The notes beneath the pieces were generated by a model, which saw only the letters and a program-made list of their open reading frames with translations, was not told the DNA's origin and ran no database searches. A DNA stretch of 64,000 nucleotides, taken from positions 280,153 to 344,152 of the forward strand of contig JBBQBA010000001.1 of the NCBI GenBank assembly GCA_038317055.1, in the 5' to 3' direction. How positions within the stretch are numbered: the stretch's first letter is position 1; the number at the start of each line of letters is the position of its first letter. This stretch comes from Candidatus Saccharimonadales bacterium. GTDB taxonomy: Bacteria; Patescibacteriota; Saccharimonadia; Saccharimonadales; DATKHC01. Position numbers and translations under genes: made by a program. Shown here piece by piece: positions 9,067 to 18,543 of this stretch.

Positions 9067-9519
9067 TTACTGAGCCCTGGCTTTAATTTCGGTAAGTCTT
9101 GGAATAAAACTCTGTGCTGCTCCTGACAGTCCAAGTACTTTTAGTGCTCCAATCAATACATACAGTTCATCTACTAACGCGACTTCAATAACAGAACTAT
9201 CTTCAATTTTTTTAAAATAATACTCAACTTTTTCTATAAGCCATTTTTCTTCTTCTGGCCGGATCTGATTAGATTTTACGCTACTTGTTTTTAGATTTGG
9301 GGCAACTACTTCAAGTGAACGTGCTGAATGATCACGTTTCTTTAAGTGTCCACGTTTGATTAAATTATTTACATGAAGTGAAACAGTAGCGACAGAAGTA
9401 TAATTGAGAGCTTTCATTATCTCTCGATAACTAGGGCTATAGCCGTGTGCTTCAATGAAATCGACAATGTAATTTAATAATTCTTTTTGCTTTTTAGTAG
9501 GTTGAATTGGTTCACTCAT
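9067..9519 (-). CDS. LexA-type winged-helix DNA-binding protein lacking the S24 autopeptidase domain
   Basis: The N-terminal 65 aa (TKKQKELLNYIVDFIEAHGYSPSYREIMKALNYTSVATVSLHVNNLIKRGHLKK) match the LexA DNA-binding domain pattern. The remaining ~80 aa show no Ala-Gly cleavage site and no Ser/Lys S24 motifs. Confidence 0.7.
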   Translation of the reverse strand: MSEPIQPTKKQKELLNYIVDFIEAHGYSPSYREIMKALNYTSVATVSLHVNNLIKRGHLKKRDHSARSLEVVAPNLKTSSVKSNQIRPEEEKWLIEKVEYYFKKIEDSSVIEVALVDELYVLIGALKVLGLSGAAQSFIPRLTEIKARAQ

Positions 9520-9953
9520 GATATTTTTTTAGCTGCTTTCTTCTCAGGAAAAACCCAATATTTATACCAAAAATAGTTCCAAATTGTAAAGAAACCAGAT
9601 GAAACAAATTGACCAATGTATGGACTTACACCAAAGTTCTTTAGACTTTTAACAATCACATAATCAATCAAAAAGTCTACTGCGGTTATTATAAGATACC
9701 TACCAGTAACAGCGGTTTTATGTTTATCAAGATCGTCACTTTTAAATACCCAGTATCGTTGTAGTAAGTAGTTAACTATCCAACCAACCAAATCAGCACC
9801 AATTTTTGCATAAAAAAGCGACCAATGAAGTCCTTTATCGAATATAAAGAATGCTAAATATCCACTCCAAAAATAAGCACCACCACTAATAAGATATTCG
9901 GCAATTTGTTTAGCTGTTTTTCGATTATTTTTAGCTTTTTTTGTCTGATTCAT
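9516..9953 (-). CDS. GtrA-family small membrane protein
   Basis: 145 aa with 4 TM helices and the GtrA-type motifs LLQRYWVFK and WNYFWYKYWVF. Its stop overlaps the start of the next gene (ATGA). Confidence 0.65.
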   Translation of the reverse strand: MNQTKKAKNNRKTAKQIAEYLISGGAYFWSGYLAFFIFDKGLHWSLFYAKIGADLVGWIVNYLLQRYWVFKSDDLDKHKTAVTGRYLIITAVDFLIDYVIVKSLKNFGVSPYIGQFVSSGFFTIWNYFWYKYWVFPEKKAAKKIS

Positions 9954-9966
9954 AACCGTATTTTAG

Positions 9967-11268
9967 TTACTCTTTACCGGGCTTAATTATAGCAGGTGTT
10001 AGCATAATTCCGGCCATACCCCACCAGATCAGACTCAAGGTATCGTCGGCCCATTCATGGGAGATTAGATTAACAAAGCTAATGCCAACTAAGCTAGCCA
10101 AAAGTAGACAAGCTAATGGATCATTTTGTTTTTTATAAAGCTTAACACCAACTAATATATTAATTGTAATAAACAGAATTACTCCTAACCAGCCAGTTTC
10201 TTGGGCAACTTGTATGTAATAATTCTCGGCAATTTTCGGATGTTGAGCGTTATGTACCGAGGCTGGTCCGGCGGTACCAGGTCCTTGTCCGAATGGATGA
10301 TGTTCTGCATCATGAAGCCCAGCGCTAAGGGCGCTTAACCTAGTTGAATTTGAACTGGCTGCACTAGTTGATGATTTTGAGGTATGAAATAAAACATTTT
10401 CGGCAGTATTATTGTTTCGTAGTGCCAATGTAAAAGACGCAAGGACTATAAATAATACACCGCAGATTACAACAAACTGTTTGCGCCATTTCTTATTTAA
10501 TTTAATTAAGTAATACAAAGTTACCAATGTAATAACCACACCTATGTAAGCACTTCTTGAATAAGTGAAAAAAAGTGCAATAACCGAAAGACATAAAAGA
10601 GTGATTTTAAACCATTTTTGTTTTTTTAGATTAATAAAACATGCAGATATAATCAGAATTAAATATGCGCCAAACGGATTAGGACCACGCAATGTAGATT
10701 TTATTCGATGATACTGTAATTTTTGGTCTACAGTTTCGTATGATGGCGTAGTTTTAGGTCCATAACCAAAATGACGAAGGAAATTTATAGGTATAAATAA
10801 TTCTATTATTCCAAATAAAACCACTAGCGCTGCGGGCAAAAGTAATATCATTTGCCAATTATTCTTAAGAAATTTTGCTCTGTATGCTGCAACAGCAGCA
10901 AATATAAAGAATACCGGGAATCTTAAATCAATTATAAGACCATCAACAAGTGCAAAGCTACTAACCCTATTGGTACTATATGACCAAATTTCCGTAAGAA
11001 TATTTAGAGCTATGTACAAAAAAATAAGTCTTATCAACCAATCATTAATAAACCATTTTTTTATTATCGGAGATTTATAAATAATATATAAGATTAGAGG
11101 AGTTATAAGAAGTAACACTACCTCTTTCCAAACCCGAAAAAGATCATAATGATTGAAGTTACTTGCTGTCCAAGTAGTTAAAAATTCATGAAAAGGCAGT
11201 AAAATAATAATTGATGCTACAACAATGCCAACAATATTTGATAAACGAGTAGTTAATGATTGATTCAT
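9967..11268 (-). CDS. O-antigen ligase/polymerase-like (Wzy_C domain) polytopic membrane protein
   Basis: 433 aa and multi-TM. It carries FFTYSRSAYIG and a periplasmic loop HHPFGQGPGTAG...HNAQHPKIAENYYIQVAQETGWLG, typical of the Wzy_C/O-antigen ligase family. Confidence 0.75.
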   Translation of the reverse strand: MNQSLTTRLSNIVGIVVASIIILLPFHEFLTTWTASNFNHYDLFRVWKEVVLLLITPLILYIIYKSPIIKKWFINDWLIRLIFLYIALNILTEIWSYSTNRVSSFALVDGLIIDLRFPVFFIFAAVAAYRAKFLKNNWQMILLLPAALVVLFGIIELFIPINFLRHFGYGPKTTPSYETVDQKLQYHRIKSTLRGPNPFGAYLILIISACFINLKKQKWFKITLLCLSVIALFFTYSRSAYIGVVITLVTLYYLIKLNKKWRKQFVVICGVLFIVLASFTLALRNNNTAENVLFHTSKSSTSAASSNSTRLSALSAGLHDAEHHPFGQGPGTAGPASVHNAQHPKIAENYYIQVAQETGWLGVILFITINILVGVKLYKKQNDPLACLLLASLVGISFVNLISHEWADDTLSLIWWGMAGIMLTPAIIKPGKE

Positions 11269-11292
11269 GAATGCTACAATCTAGTATAGCTT

Positions 11293-12741
11293 ATGAAAAG
11301 TAATGCCTCGTCAGTTTATAGCCTGCTACTAGTTATCGGTGATTTTTTTACATTAGTGCTTTCTTTTGGAATCGCATATATATTGAGAGTCACGCTAGAT
11401 CACCAACAACTTGCTCACACTGTATACGCTTCAGATTATCTAGCGGCTTTTTTATTGATATTGCCTATTTGGATTCTGATATTTGCGCTTATTGGACTTT
11501 ATAATAGCAATATATATGAGAATCGCTTCTCTGAGGCTGGTAGATTATTAATGGGCTCACTAATAGGTATTCTTTTTGTAATTGGTTATAGCTATGCATT
11601 TAATAAAGTAATATTTCCAGCCCATTTAGTTGCACTTTATGGTTTAGTATTATCTTTCTTTTTACTTTTAGTTTTTCGAAACTTAGCTAGATACACCAGA
11701 AGTACTTTATTTAACTATAGTATTGGCATAACTGATGTACTAATAGTCGGTAATACCAAGATAACCCACGAATTAATTAAGCTCTTATACAACTACAAAG
11801 CGTCTGGCTACAGAGTTATTGGTGTAGTTGGGCCTAAACAGCATATAGAAGAAAAATATAATAAGATCCCTTTATTTTCATCATTTGAAGAAGCTACTAA
11901 AAGATTAGGTGCAAATAGAATAGAAAATATTCTCCAAACCCAACTTTTTTCCAATGAAGATATGAATAAAGAAATCTTAGAATACGCTCAAACTCATCAT
12001 ATAGGTTATAGATTTACACCAGGCAATAGTGAATTATTTACAGGAAATATTGAAGTCGAATTATTCAGGTCTTCATTGCCCGTAATATCCGTACATCAAA
12101 CCCCACTTTTTGGATGGGGCAGCGTAGTTAAGCGATTATCGGACTTATTATTTGGTGGATTTCTTTTTGTAATAACCCTACCCTTTATGTTAATAATTAT
12201 TATTTTGATAATTATATTTGGTGGACGAGGAAAAATCTTCTATCGGCAAACCAGACTAACCCGCTATGATCAAAAATTTAGAGTATATAAATTTAGAACA
12301 ATGAAAAAGCAATATAGTACAGGAATAACACCGGAACAATCTTTTGAATTAATGGGCAAGCCCGAACTATCAAAGAAGTATAGGGAAAACGGCGATTATC
12401 TTCCTAAAGATCCACGAATAACTAAACTTGGTAGAATTCTTAGAAAATTAAGCTTAGACGAATTACCTCAACTATTTAATGTTCTACGGGGTGATATTAG
12501 TCTTGTGGGCCCAAGAGCATTAATACCAGAGGAATTAGAAAGTTATGGTAAGAGACATTCTATCCTTAGTGTTAAATCAGGACTTACTGGCCTTGCTCAA
12601 GTATCTGGAAGATTAGAAATTGGTTTCGAGGAAAGACGCCAACTAGATATATTTTATGTTCAGAATTGGAGTTTCTGGTTGGACTGTATCATTTTAATGA
12701 AAACAGTAAGGGTTGTTTTAACTAATCAAGGTTCGAAGTGA
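11293..12741 (+). CDS. polyprenyl-phosphate glycosyl-1-phosphate transferase (WbaP/EPS initiating sugar transferase, Bac_transf)
   Basis: 482 aa with N-terminal TM helices and a central Rossmann-like region. The C-terminal signature is KFRTM...PRITKLGRILRKLSLDELPQLFNVLRGDISLVGPRA. Confidence 0.88.
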   Translation: MKSNASSVYSLLLVIGDFFTLVLSFGIAYILRVTLDHQQLAHTVYASDYLAAFLLILPIWILIFALIGLYNSNIYENRFSEAGRLLMGSLIGILFVIGYSYAFNKVIFPAHLVALYGLVLSFFLLLVFRNLARYTRSTLFNYSIGITDVLIVGNTKITHELIKLLYNYKASGYRVIGVVGPKQHIEEKYNKIPLFSSFEEATKRLGANRIENILQTQLFSNEDMNKEILEYAQTHHIGYRFTPGNSELFTGNIEVELFRSSLPVISVHQTPLFGWGSVVKRLSDLLFGGFLFVITLPFMLIIIILIIIFGGRGKIFYRQTRLTRYDQKFRVYKFRTMKKQYSTGITPEQSFELMGKPELSKKYRENGDYLPKDPRITKLGRILRKLSLDELPQLFNVLRGDISLVGPRALIPEELESYGKRHSILSVKSGLTGLAQVSGRLEIGFEERRQLDIFYVQNWSFWLDCIILMKTVRVVLTNQGSK

Positions 12742-13835
12742 AACTAAACAAAGACTTAAAAGTTGCCATAGTTTGTGATTGGCTTACTGGCATAGGTGGA
12801 GCTGAGTTAGTGGTTTTAGAATTACACAAAATGTTTCCGAAAGCACCAATATATACATCTCAGTATGACCCTACAAAAATTGACTGGTTTAAAGATGCGG
12901 ACGTTCGAACTACATGGATAAACAAACTTCCAAAAAGACTAAAGAAATTCCTACCAGTTTTAAGAGCTGTAAGTTTTTCAAGACTAGATCTAAGTAATTA
13001 TGACTTGGTTATTTCAGCAAGTGGGGCTGAGGCTAAAGGAATCAGCACTGGCGCAAATACTATCCATGTTTCATACTGTCACTCACCTACACATTATTAT
13101 TGGACCAGGTTCGAAGTATATCTAGAAAACCCTGGATTTGGTATGTTTGATTGGTTAGCAAGATTTGGTTTAAAAATACTAATTGGCCCAATGAGAAAAT
13201 GGGATTTTAGGGCAGCACAAAAACCAAATTACTTAATAGCAAATTCTACCTACACTCAAAAAAATATTAAGAAATATTATAAGAGAGATTCTGTAATTAT
13301 TTTTCCTCCTGTAAATATTGAGCAATATAAACCTAGCAAAGATTCAACCAGGAACGGATATATTGTGGTTGGAAGGCAAACTCCTTATAAGCGAATAGAC
13401 TTAGCCGTGTCTGCATGTACAAAACTCGGACTTGATTTGGTTGTTGTCGGTAATGGTCCTGAAAACAAAAAACTGCATTCACTAGCAGGACCTACTATTA
13501 CCTTTCTCGGTCAAATCAGCGATAAAGAGAAAAATAAATACCTTCACTCTGCTAAAGCTTTTATATTTCCAGGCATAGACGATTTTGGAATAGCTGCGGT
13601 TGAAGCACTAGCGGCTGGCACTCCAGTTATCGCGTATAGTGTTGGCGGAGTGCTCGACTATATAGATAAGAGTAATGGCCTACTATTTAATACCCAGTCA
13701 GTTGGAGTACTTTGTAAGTCGATTGAAGAATCTAAGAAAATAACTTTCAATGATCAGACTGTGCATTATAGTTCAAGAAAATTTTCTGAAGAGAATTTTA
13801 GTCAAAACCTAATTAGCTTATTAACCTCACTATAA
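12738..13835 (+). CDS. GT4 (GT-B, group 1) glycosyltransferase
   Basis: 365 aa. Motifs GGAELVVLELHK and the EX7E-type C-terminal region DDFGIAAVEALAAGTPVIA. The start is coupled to the upstream stop (GTGA overlap). Confidence 0.75.
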   Translation: MKLNKDLKVAIVCDWLTGIGGAELVVLELHKMFPKAPIYTSQYDPTKIDWFKDADVRTTWINKLPKRLKKFLPVLRAVSFSRLDLSNYDLVISASGAEAKGISTGANTIHVSYCHSPTHYYWTRFEVYLENPGFGMFDWLARFGLKILIGPMRKWDFRAAQKPNYLIANSTYTQKNIKKYYKRDSVIIFPPVNIEQYKPSKDSTRNGYIVVGRQTPYKRIDLAVSACTKLGLDLVVVGNGPENKKLHSLAGPTITFLGQISDKEKNKYLHSAKAFIFPGIDDFGIAAVEALAAGTPVIAYSVGGVLDYIDKSNGLLFNTQSVGVLCKSIEESKKITFNDQTVHYSSRKFSEENFSQNLISLLTSL

Positions 13836-16469
13836 AATAGGAGGTAGTGTACTTATGCCCACGTAACTTGGGTTTGTGCTTGGAACACCACCCGAAGTGA
13901 ATGGATTTACCAGCCAAACATTTGGATTGTAGGTAAAAGTTTCGGCAGCACCGTTGGCTAAAGTTACGTCACCATATGCTCTGTTTAATCTTACTTGTCT
14001 TGCAACTACCGCTCCATCAATAGTTATTTGCTCAGCACCCACAGGAGGTGGTCCGCCGCAAAACGTGAACAGATTAGAGGACTTGTAGGCAGTATCGTTG
14101 TTTGAGCAAGTAGTAATAACGCCAGCAAGCGGGTTTGCTGCGTTTGGTTCTGCAACATATACCCCATCCAATTTGTTAGCTCCATCGTCAATCGTTATAT
14201 TCCCACTTACTACTAAGTAAAAACTTGGTATAGATGAAACGTTGGTGAAGCCGGTCTTTTTTAGGGTAACTGAACTATGAAGGATTACTACATCTCCCTG
14301 TACATATAGTACCTCTTGGCCAGCGAAGTTAGCTGTAGAATCAACATTCACAAAACCACCTGGACCTCCTGGTGCTGCTATTGAACAATAGGTTACTGTT
14401 GCTGGAGGCGTCGGAGGAGTACAGCCCGTGTTAGTGGAACCAACAGTGAAAGATGCTACAGTCACAGGAGCATGACCAGTCTCTGCGGCAGCAGTGCCGT
14501 AATAATCTGGCGAACAATCACCTGGTCCTTGTGAACCAAGATTACCACCATATGGTAGTCCCGGAACCGTATTTGCAAAACTAAGACCCGTCGGCATCGG
14601 CACACCTAATTTATAGGCATTTTGTCCATTGCTTGATGCAAAGCCATTTATTACGGAAGGTGCTAACGCCGCTAGATTTGTTCCAGACCCCGTATACGCT
14701 CCGGATCCCTGGTTGAAAGCTAGAATACCTGCAGTTGATATTGGCGTACAGTTATTACTGAAACCTCCGCTACCGGTCGATACATTACCGCCTTGCACAT
14801 TAAAGTATGGTGTACTTCCGACAACGATAGTGACAGCTGGACACGGTGTATATACTCCATTAATATTACTGCCAGTTACATTATAAGTTATTGAGTATAT
14901 ACCAGTTGCAGTTGCCTTGAATTTATAGCTTTTTGTATATGTACCTACTGGTATTGGATTTGGTGTTGCACCAACTGGCGTAATGGTTACTCCCGCCGCG
15001 GGTGCTGAGGTAACTGTGATATTTGGATTATAAAGTGGATTATTGGTTACATTTACACCAGCACCAAAATTATAGGTAGTATTAATTGCAGCTTGAGCCG
15101 GCAATCCACTTAAGCCTGCGCACGATAGATTTGCGAATTGCTTATATTTAAAGTTATAGCCAGAATTAATTGCCCTATTGCAAGTAGATGGGTTGGCATT
15201 TGCTATTTGACCCTGATAGGAAGCTGCTGAACATCCTCCCCTAGGATAAGCCAGTCCTCCAACTGGCGTTAGACTCTGAAAAGTATCATTAGCGGGAACT
15301 CCAGATATTATAAAGGTGCAAAAACCTTGATCTTGTGGAACATTGAAATTAAATGTACCAGTGAGATCCGTTGTTCCGCTTAGACCCACATTACAGGTGC
15401 CTAAAGTAACTCCTTGGACCCCAACAAGGACTCCGTCTCCCCTGTCCACCTTAACGGTACCAGAGATATTATGCGGTGGTGGAGTTGGTGCTTGAACCCA
15501 AAAACCGAAACTAATTGATGCCGAAGGACAAGGGCTAGGATCTTCTATGTCTCCTCCGGGTAAATGATCAAAGTTAAATTGGTCAGTCCAAGCCGCACCA
15601 AAAGTACATTGAAAGACGTTATATATAGGTCCAAATGGACCCCAAAAAGCCCATGGATCTGACGCCGTAGACTGCCCCTGACCCTCTGTAAACCAGTTCG
15701 CTTCAACGTAAGGTATTTTTATTTGTACAGGTGTTGGATTTGTATAGCTTAAGCCAGCTGGAGCATTCCATGTCAACACAGGTGGTGGTGCTCCAGCACA
15801 TCCATTACAGAATTGTGGAAACCAATATCTTGTACCAAGTTGGAAATAAATGGATTGTGGGTTAGGGCCCCCAGTGTATCCAGGATTAACTGAACCCACA
15901 TTAGTGGATGGCGATTGAAGCAAAAAGTTTGCTTGTTGAGTTAAATAAGCCCCTGGCACTCTTGCTAAGAAGCCCGTTGAGTCAGTAGTGTTAGTGTATG
16001 CACAGATTATTCCAAATGCACAAGTATCAGCAGGTGCAGTACCAGGAGTTAACTGTGTGTCCATACCGGTAGCTGTATGACATAGAAAACTAAAGTTATT
16101 TACATTAAATCCTAAACTAGTTCCAGCGTTAACAATAATCGGTGATGCCGAAGTATTTCCATCAACATTAGTTGGTTGACCTACCGGCGAAAGCCATGAC
16201 ATATTTGCCTCATAAATAGTCAGTCCCCCTGATGTACAACCGTTATCGTAGCTGTATAAAGAGTTCTGAACATCGGTAGGTATAAGACCAAAGTTAACCG
16301 CAAATGCTTTACTGTTACTTGAGATTGTTAGTGCAATGATCCCAGCAAATAAAATAATTGCAATTCCAGCGACAAACTTAAACTGTTTAGAACTACAACG
16401 ATCAGATAACTTATTAAATATTCCGTTTTTATTCTTTGACTGGCTGTTTTTTTCAAATAAAATAAACAT
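13830..16469 (-). CDS. large secreted/surface protein, paralog A (variable N-terminal half, conserved C-terminal ~430 aa)
   Basis: 879 aa with an N-terminal signal/anchor (FKFVAGIAIILFAGIIALTISSNSKAFA). It is G/T/P/N-rich. The C-terminal half aligns by eye with ORF 18704..21037, for example GSTPYFNVQGGNVSTGSGGFSNNCTP versus GTSPYLDVQGGNVSTGSGGFTNSCTP, and the tail IDGAVVARQVRLNR...PPIL versus IDGAVVARQLRLNR...PPVL. Confidence 0.7.
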   Translation of the reverse strand: MFILFEKNSQSKNKNGIFNKLSDRCSSKQFKFVAGIAIILFAGIIALTISSNSKAFAVNFGLIPTDVQNSLYSYDNGCTSGGLTIYEANMSWLSPVGQPTNVDGNTSASPIIVNAGTSLGFNVNNFSFLCHTATGMDTQLTPGTAPADTCAFGIICAYTNTTDSTGFLARVPGAYLTQQANFLLQSPSTNVGSVNPGYTGGPNPQSIYFQLGTRYWFPQFCNGCAGAPPPVLTWNAPAGLSYTNPTPVQIKIPYVEANWFTEGQGQSTASDPWAFWGPFGPIYNVFQCTFGAAWTDQFNFDHLPGGDIEDPSPCPSASISFGFWVQAPTPPPHNISGTVKVDRGDGVLVGVQGVTLGTCNVGLSGTTDLTGTFNFNVPQDQGFCTFIISGVPANDTFQSLTPVGGLAYPRGGCSAASYQGQIANANPSTCNRAINSGYNFKYKQFANLSCAGLSGLPAQAAINTTYNFGAGVNVTNNPLYNPNITVTSAPAAGVTITPVGATPNPIPVGTYTKSYKFKATATGIYSITYNVTGSNINGVYTPCPAVTIVVGSTPYFNVQGGNVSTGSGGFSNNCTPISTAGILAFNQGSGAYTGSGTNLAALAPSVINGFASSNGQNAYKLGVPMPTGLSFANTVPGLPYGGNLGSQGPGDCSPDYYGTAAAETGHAPVTVASFTVGSTNTGCTPPTPPATVTYCSIAAPGGPGGFVNVDSTANFAGQEVLYVQGDVVILHSSVTLKKTGFTNVSSIPSFYLVVSGNITIDDGANKLDGVYVAEPNAANPLAGVITTCSNNDTAYKSSNLFTFCGGPPPVGAEQITIDGAVVARQVRLNRAYGDVTLANGAAETFTYNPNVWLVNPFTSGGVPSTNPSYVGISTLPPIL

Positions 16470-16470
16470 C

Positions 16471-17034
16471 TTAATTCTTTACTTCCATTGGTTTAGGTGA
16501 GAGAGCTTTAATGTTATTTACATTTTGGCTGGCTTTTTGATTCATTGCATTTACTGCTTCCGTTAACATTGCCACACTTAGATGAAATGTCAGATTTTGA
16601 CTTAGATTATTACCATTTATATCACTTTTTAATTGTGCCAAACTTGCTTGAGCGTCTCCAACGTTATAAGCATTAATATTATCTACCGTTATTATGTACA
16701 TACAATTCGGATCATGTTGATAATTTGATTGGTTTTTAATTGAGTCCGAAATAACTTTTAGTTGTGCGGTTTTATCTGCGCTAAATGAATTAACTGCCGA
16801 CTGAATCGTAGAATATGAACAAACTTTTGAATTTACTGTAGCTGCTTTTGTTACTATTGTAGTTTTCTTATGATGATTAATTAACAATACTACTCCTAAT
16901 AAAACAACTATTAATAAGACTAGTAGGATTAAAGCATAGTACTTTTTTTCACTAGTCTTTGCTTTGGGTTTTTTGATTTCACCCCCTATTACTGGGCTAA
17001 TAGGCACTTTTGTATCTTTCTCAATCATACTCAT
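16471..17034 (-). CDS. small bitopic membrane protein, cassette partner A
   Basis: The track ORF begins at a TTG (17073). The first ATG (MSMIEKD) is at 17034, so the start is ambiguous. It has a single TM (YALILLVLLIVVLLGVVLLI) followed by HHKKTTIVTKAATV, resembling the partner of paralog B. Its stop lies 1 nt before the ATG of the large gene (TAAGATG). Confidence 0.5.
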   Translation of the reverse strand: MSMIEKDTKVPISPVIGGEIKKPKAKTSEKKYYALILLVLLIVVLLGVVLLINHHKKTTIVTKAATVNSKVCSYSTIQSAVNSFSADKTAQLKVISDSIKNQSNYQHDPNCMYIITVDNINAYNVGDAQASLAQLKSDINGNNLSQNLTFHLSVAMLTEAVNAMNQKASQNVNNIKALSPKPMEVKN

Positions 17035-17130
17035 GCTCACTGTAAATATACCAAACCATAAGCTATACGGCAATCTATATACATCAGTTAGCGATATAAA
17101 ATTTATATTGCCTTAGTTATATATAGTTAA

Positions 17131-17145
17131 TGACATATCAGACTT
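17131..17145. repeat. left arm of perfect 15-bp inverted repeat (TGACATATCAGACTT)
   Basis: Read directly from the sequence. Its exact reverse complement, AAGTCTGATATGTCA, occurs at 18544..18558. The pair brackets the high-GC gene. Confidence 0.8.
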
Positions 17146-17184
17146 GAGATTTTTATCCAAAGAGGATAATCCTTTTTATGAGAT

Positions 17185-17259
17185 GACCAAATGGTCGGGG
17201 AGTATTAGCAGCAAGCTGCAATTATCGAGTGTGTAATACTCGCTCCCCAGACCATGGTC
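17185..17259 (-). terminator. long imperfect GC-rich stem-loop 3' of the high-GC gene (possible terminator or structured element)
   Basis: The arms GACCAAATGGTCGGGGAGTATTA (17185-17207) and TAATACTCGCTCCCCAGACCATGGTC (17234-17259) are largely complementary. The element lies 15 nt downstream of the stop at 17274. No clear U-tract follows, so terminator function is uncertain. Confidence 0.4.
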
Positions 17260-17273
17260 GAATCTCCTCTCTA

Positions 17274-18392
17274 CTAGCCGGCACTACCGTAAAACTGTGC
17301 GTCTCCAAAAGAGAAGATGCCACCATCACTAGCAACAAAGCGATAACCCATACCGGTTAAGGTATTAGTCATGCCAACAATCGGTTGGTTTAGTTTGATC
17401 GCGCCGGTTGAGCCGAAGAATGGCGCATTGAAGGAGAAAATTCCTCCATCCGCTGCAACTTCCCAGTAGCCCCCTGTGACGGGATCGATTGACATTCCAA
17501 CGACTGGCTTGGTGAGTGGCGTTCCCCCCATTGAACCGTGGAACTGCGCATCCCCGAAAGCAAAGATTCCTCCATCACTGGCATCCATGTAATAACCAAG
17601 TCCGTCTGGAGTAGCCGTCATGCCCACCACTGGTTTGTTCAGGCGAAGATTACCGGTTGAGCCGAAAAATGGTGCATCCCCGAAGGAAAAAATACCACCA
17701 TCTCTGCCCAATAGCCAATAACCAAGTCCGTCTGCTGAAGGAGCCATGCTGACAATCGGACCATTAAGTTTCTGTCCTGACATATCACCATAGTACAATG
17801 CGTCACCAAAGGCTTGCACCGATCCATCAGCTCCTACCAACCAATATCCTCCTCCGTCATGCGTACGAGCCATGTCAACGACAGGCTTATTTACCGTGCC
17901 CATATTTATTGGAGGCAAGGTTGTTCCACACGATGTAGGCGGAGCAAGTGTGCTGCCTGGATCACCAACGTTCAAGCTGAACGTGGCAACCTTGGGAATA
18001 CCACCACCAGCAAACGGAAACAGTGCAACATCACCGGCATATTGATTTGGTCCAAGTGGTAGAAATACTGAACCTGAACTTCCGTTGCAACTTATACTCA
18101 GGTACATCAACTGCGAGCCGGAAAAGGCATATTCCAAAAGCCCCGTAGTCGTTTTGTACCCAGCAAAACCAGACAAACTGATCGTTAGACCATTTGACCA
18201 GCTCTGCACACAAGCCGTAAGTGGACCAAAAGCTCCTGGAGTCGACCCACATGTGGGATTCTCCGTAACAAACTTTGGTGAAACACTGTTTTGGCTTGCG
18301 CTGGCAGTTGCACCACTAAATCCGAACAAAGTGGTTACCAACACGAGTGTGCCTACTATCACTAGTAGTCTTTTTAAAAAGTTAATTTTCAT
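17274..18392 (-). CDS. secreted repeat (beta-propeller-like, 5 x ~41 aa) protein with markedly higher GC than its surroundings
   Basis: Signal peptide MKINFLKRLLVIVGTLVLVTTLFGFSGATASA. I prefer the ATG at 18392, 8 nt after GGAGG, over the track start at 18398. There are five repeats of the form P[IV]VGM...DG.GYW....DGGIFSFGDA.F[FY]GS.G. Hand counts of sample lines give about 47-55% GC, against about 25-35% nearby. Confidence 0.8.
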   Translation of the reverse strand: MKINFLKRLLVIVGTLVLVTTLFGFSGATASASQNSVSPKFVTENPTCGSTPGAFGPLTACVQSWSNGLTISLSGFAGYKTTTGLLEYAFSGSQLMYLSISCNGSSGSVFLPLGPNQYAGDVALFPFAGGGIPKVATFSLNVGDPGSTLAPPTSCGTTLPPINMGTVNKPVVDMARTHDGGGYWLVGADGSVQAFGDALYYGDMSGQKLNGPIVSMAPSADGLGYWLLGRDGGIFSFGDAPFFGSTGNLRLNKPVVGMTATPDGLGYYMDASDGGIFAFGDAQFHGSMGGTPLTKPVVGMSIDPVTGGYWEVAADGGIFSFNAPFFGSTGAIKLNQPIVGMTNTLTGMGYRFVASDGGIFSFGDAQFYGSAG

Positions 18393-18398
18393 TTCCAT

Positions 18399-18520
18399 GA
18401 CCTCCTTCCCCTAGGGGAAATAATCAGTACAGACGCATTGTCTGCACAGGCTCTCCCCATGGGTAGGAGTAGCAGCCATCAATCAATGTTTTAATTGTTA
18501 GCTGCTACCCCTATAAAAGT
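18399..18520 (-). promoter_or_regulatory. structured, palindrome-rich 5' leader of the high-GC gene
   Basis: SD GGAGG (18401-18405, minus). Perfect palindromes TTCCCCTAGGGGAA (18406-18419) and CCCATGGG (18456-18463). Small hairpin CAGAC-GCATT-GTCTG (~18430-18444). An 11-bp stem GGAGTAGCAGC (18466-18476) pairs with GCTGCTACCCC (18501-18511). Confidence 0.45.
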
Positions 18521-18543
18521 AAGTCGAGTTAATGAAATAGTTT

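Noticed and set aside
17390-18414. Five ORFs of 62-109 aa in alternative frames and strands (17390-17599, 17639-17827, 17814-18062, 18031-18252, 18085-18414)
   Set aside because: All lie inside the 372-aa repeat-protein CDS. Their products are low-complexity nonsense. Their existence is explained by the locally high GC, which depletes stop codons. I used them only as supporting evidence for the compositional anomaly.
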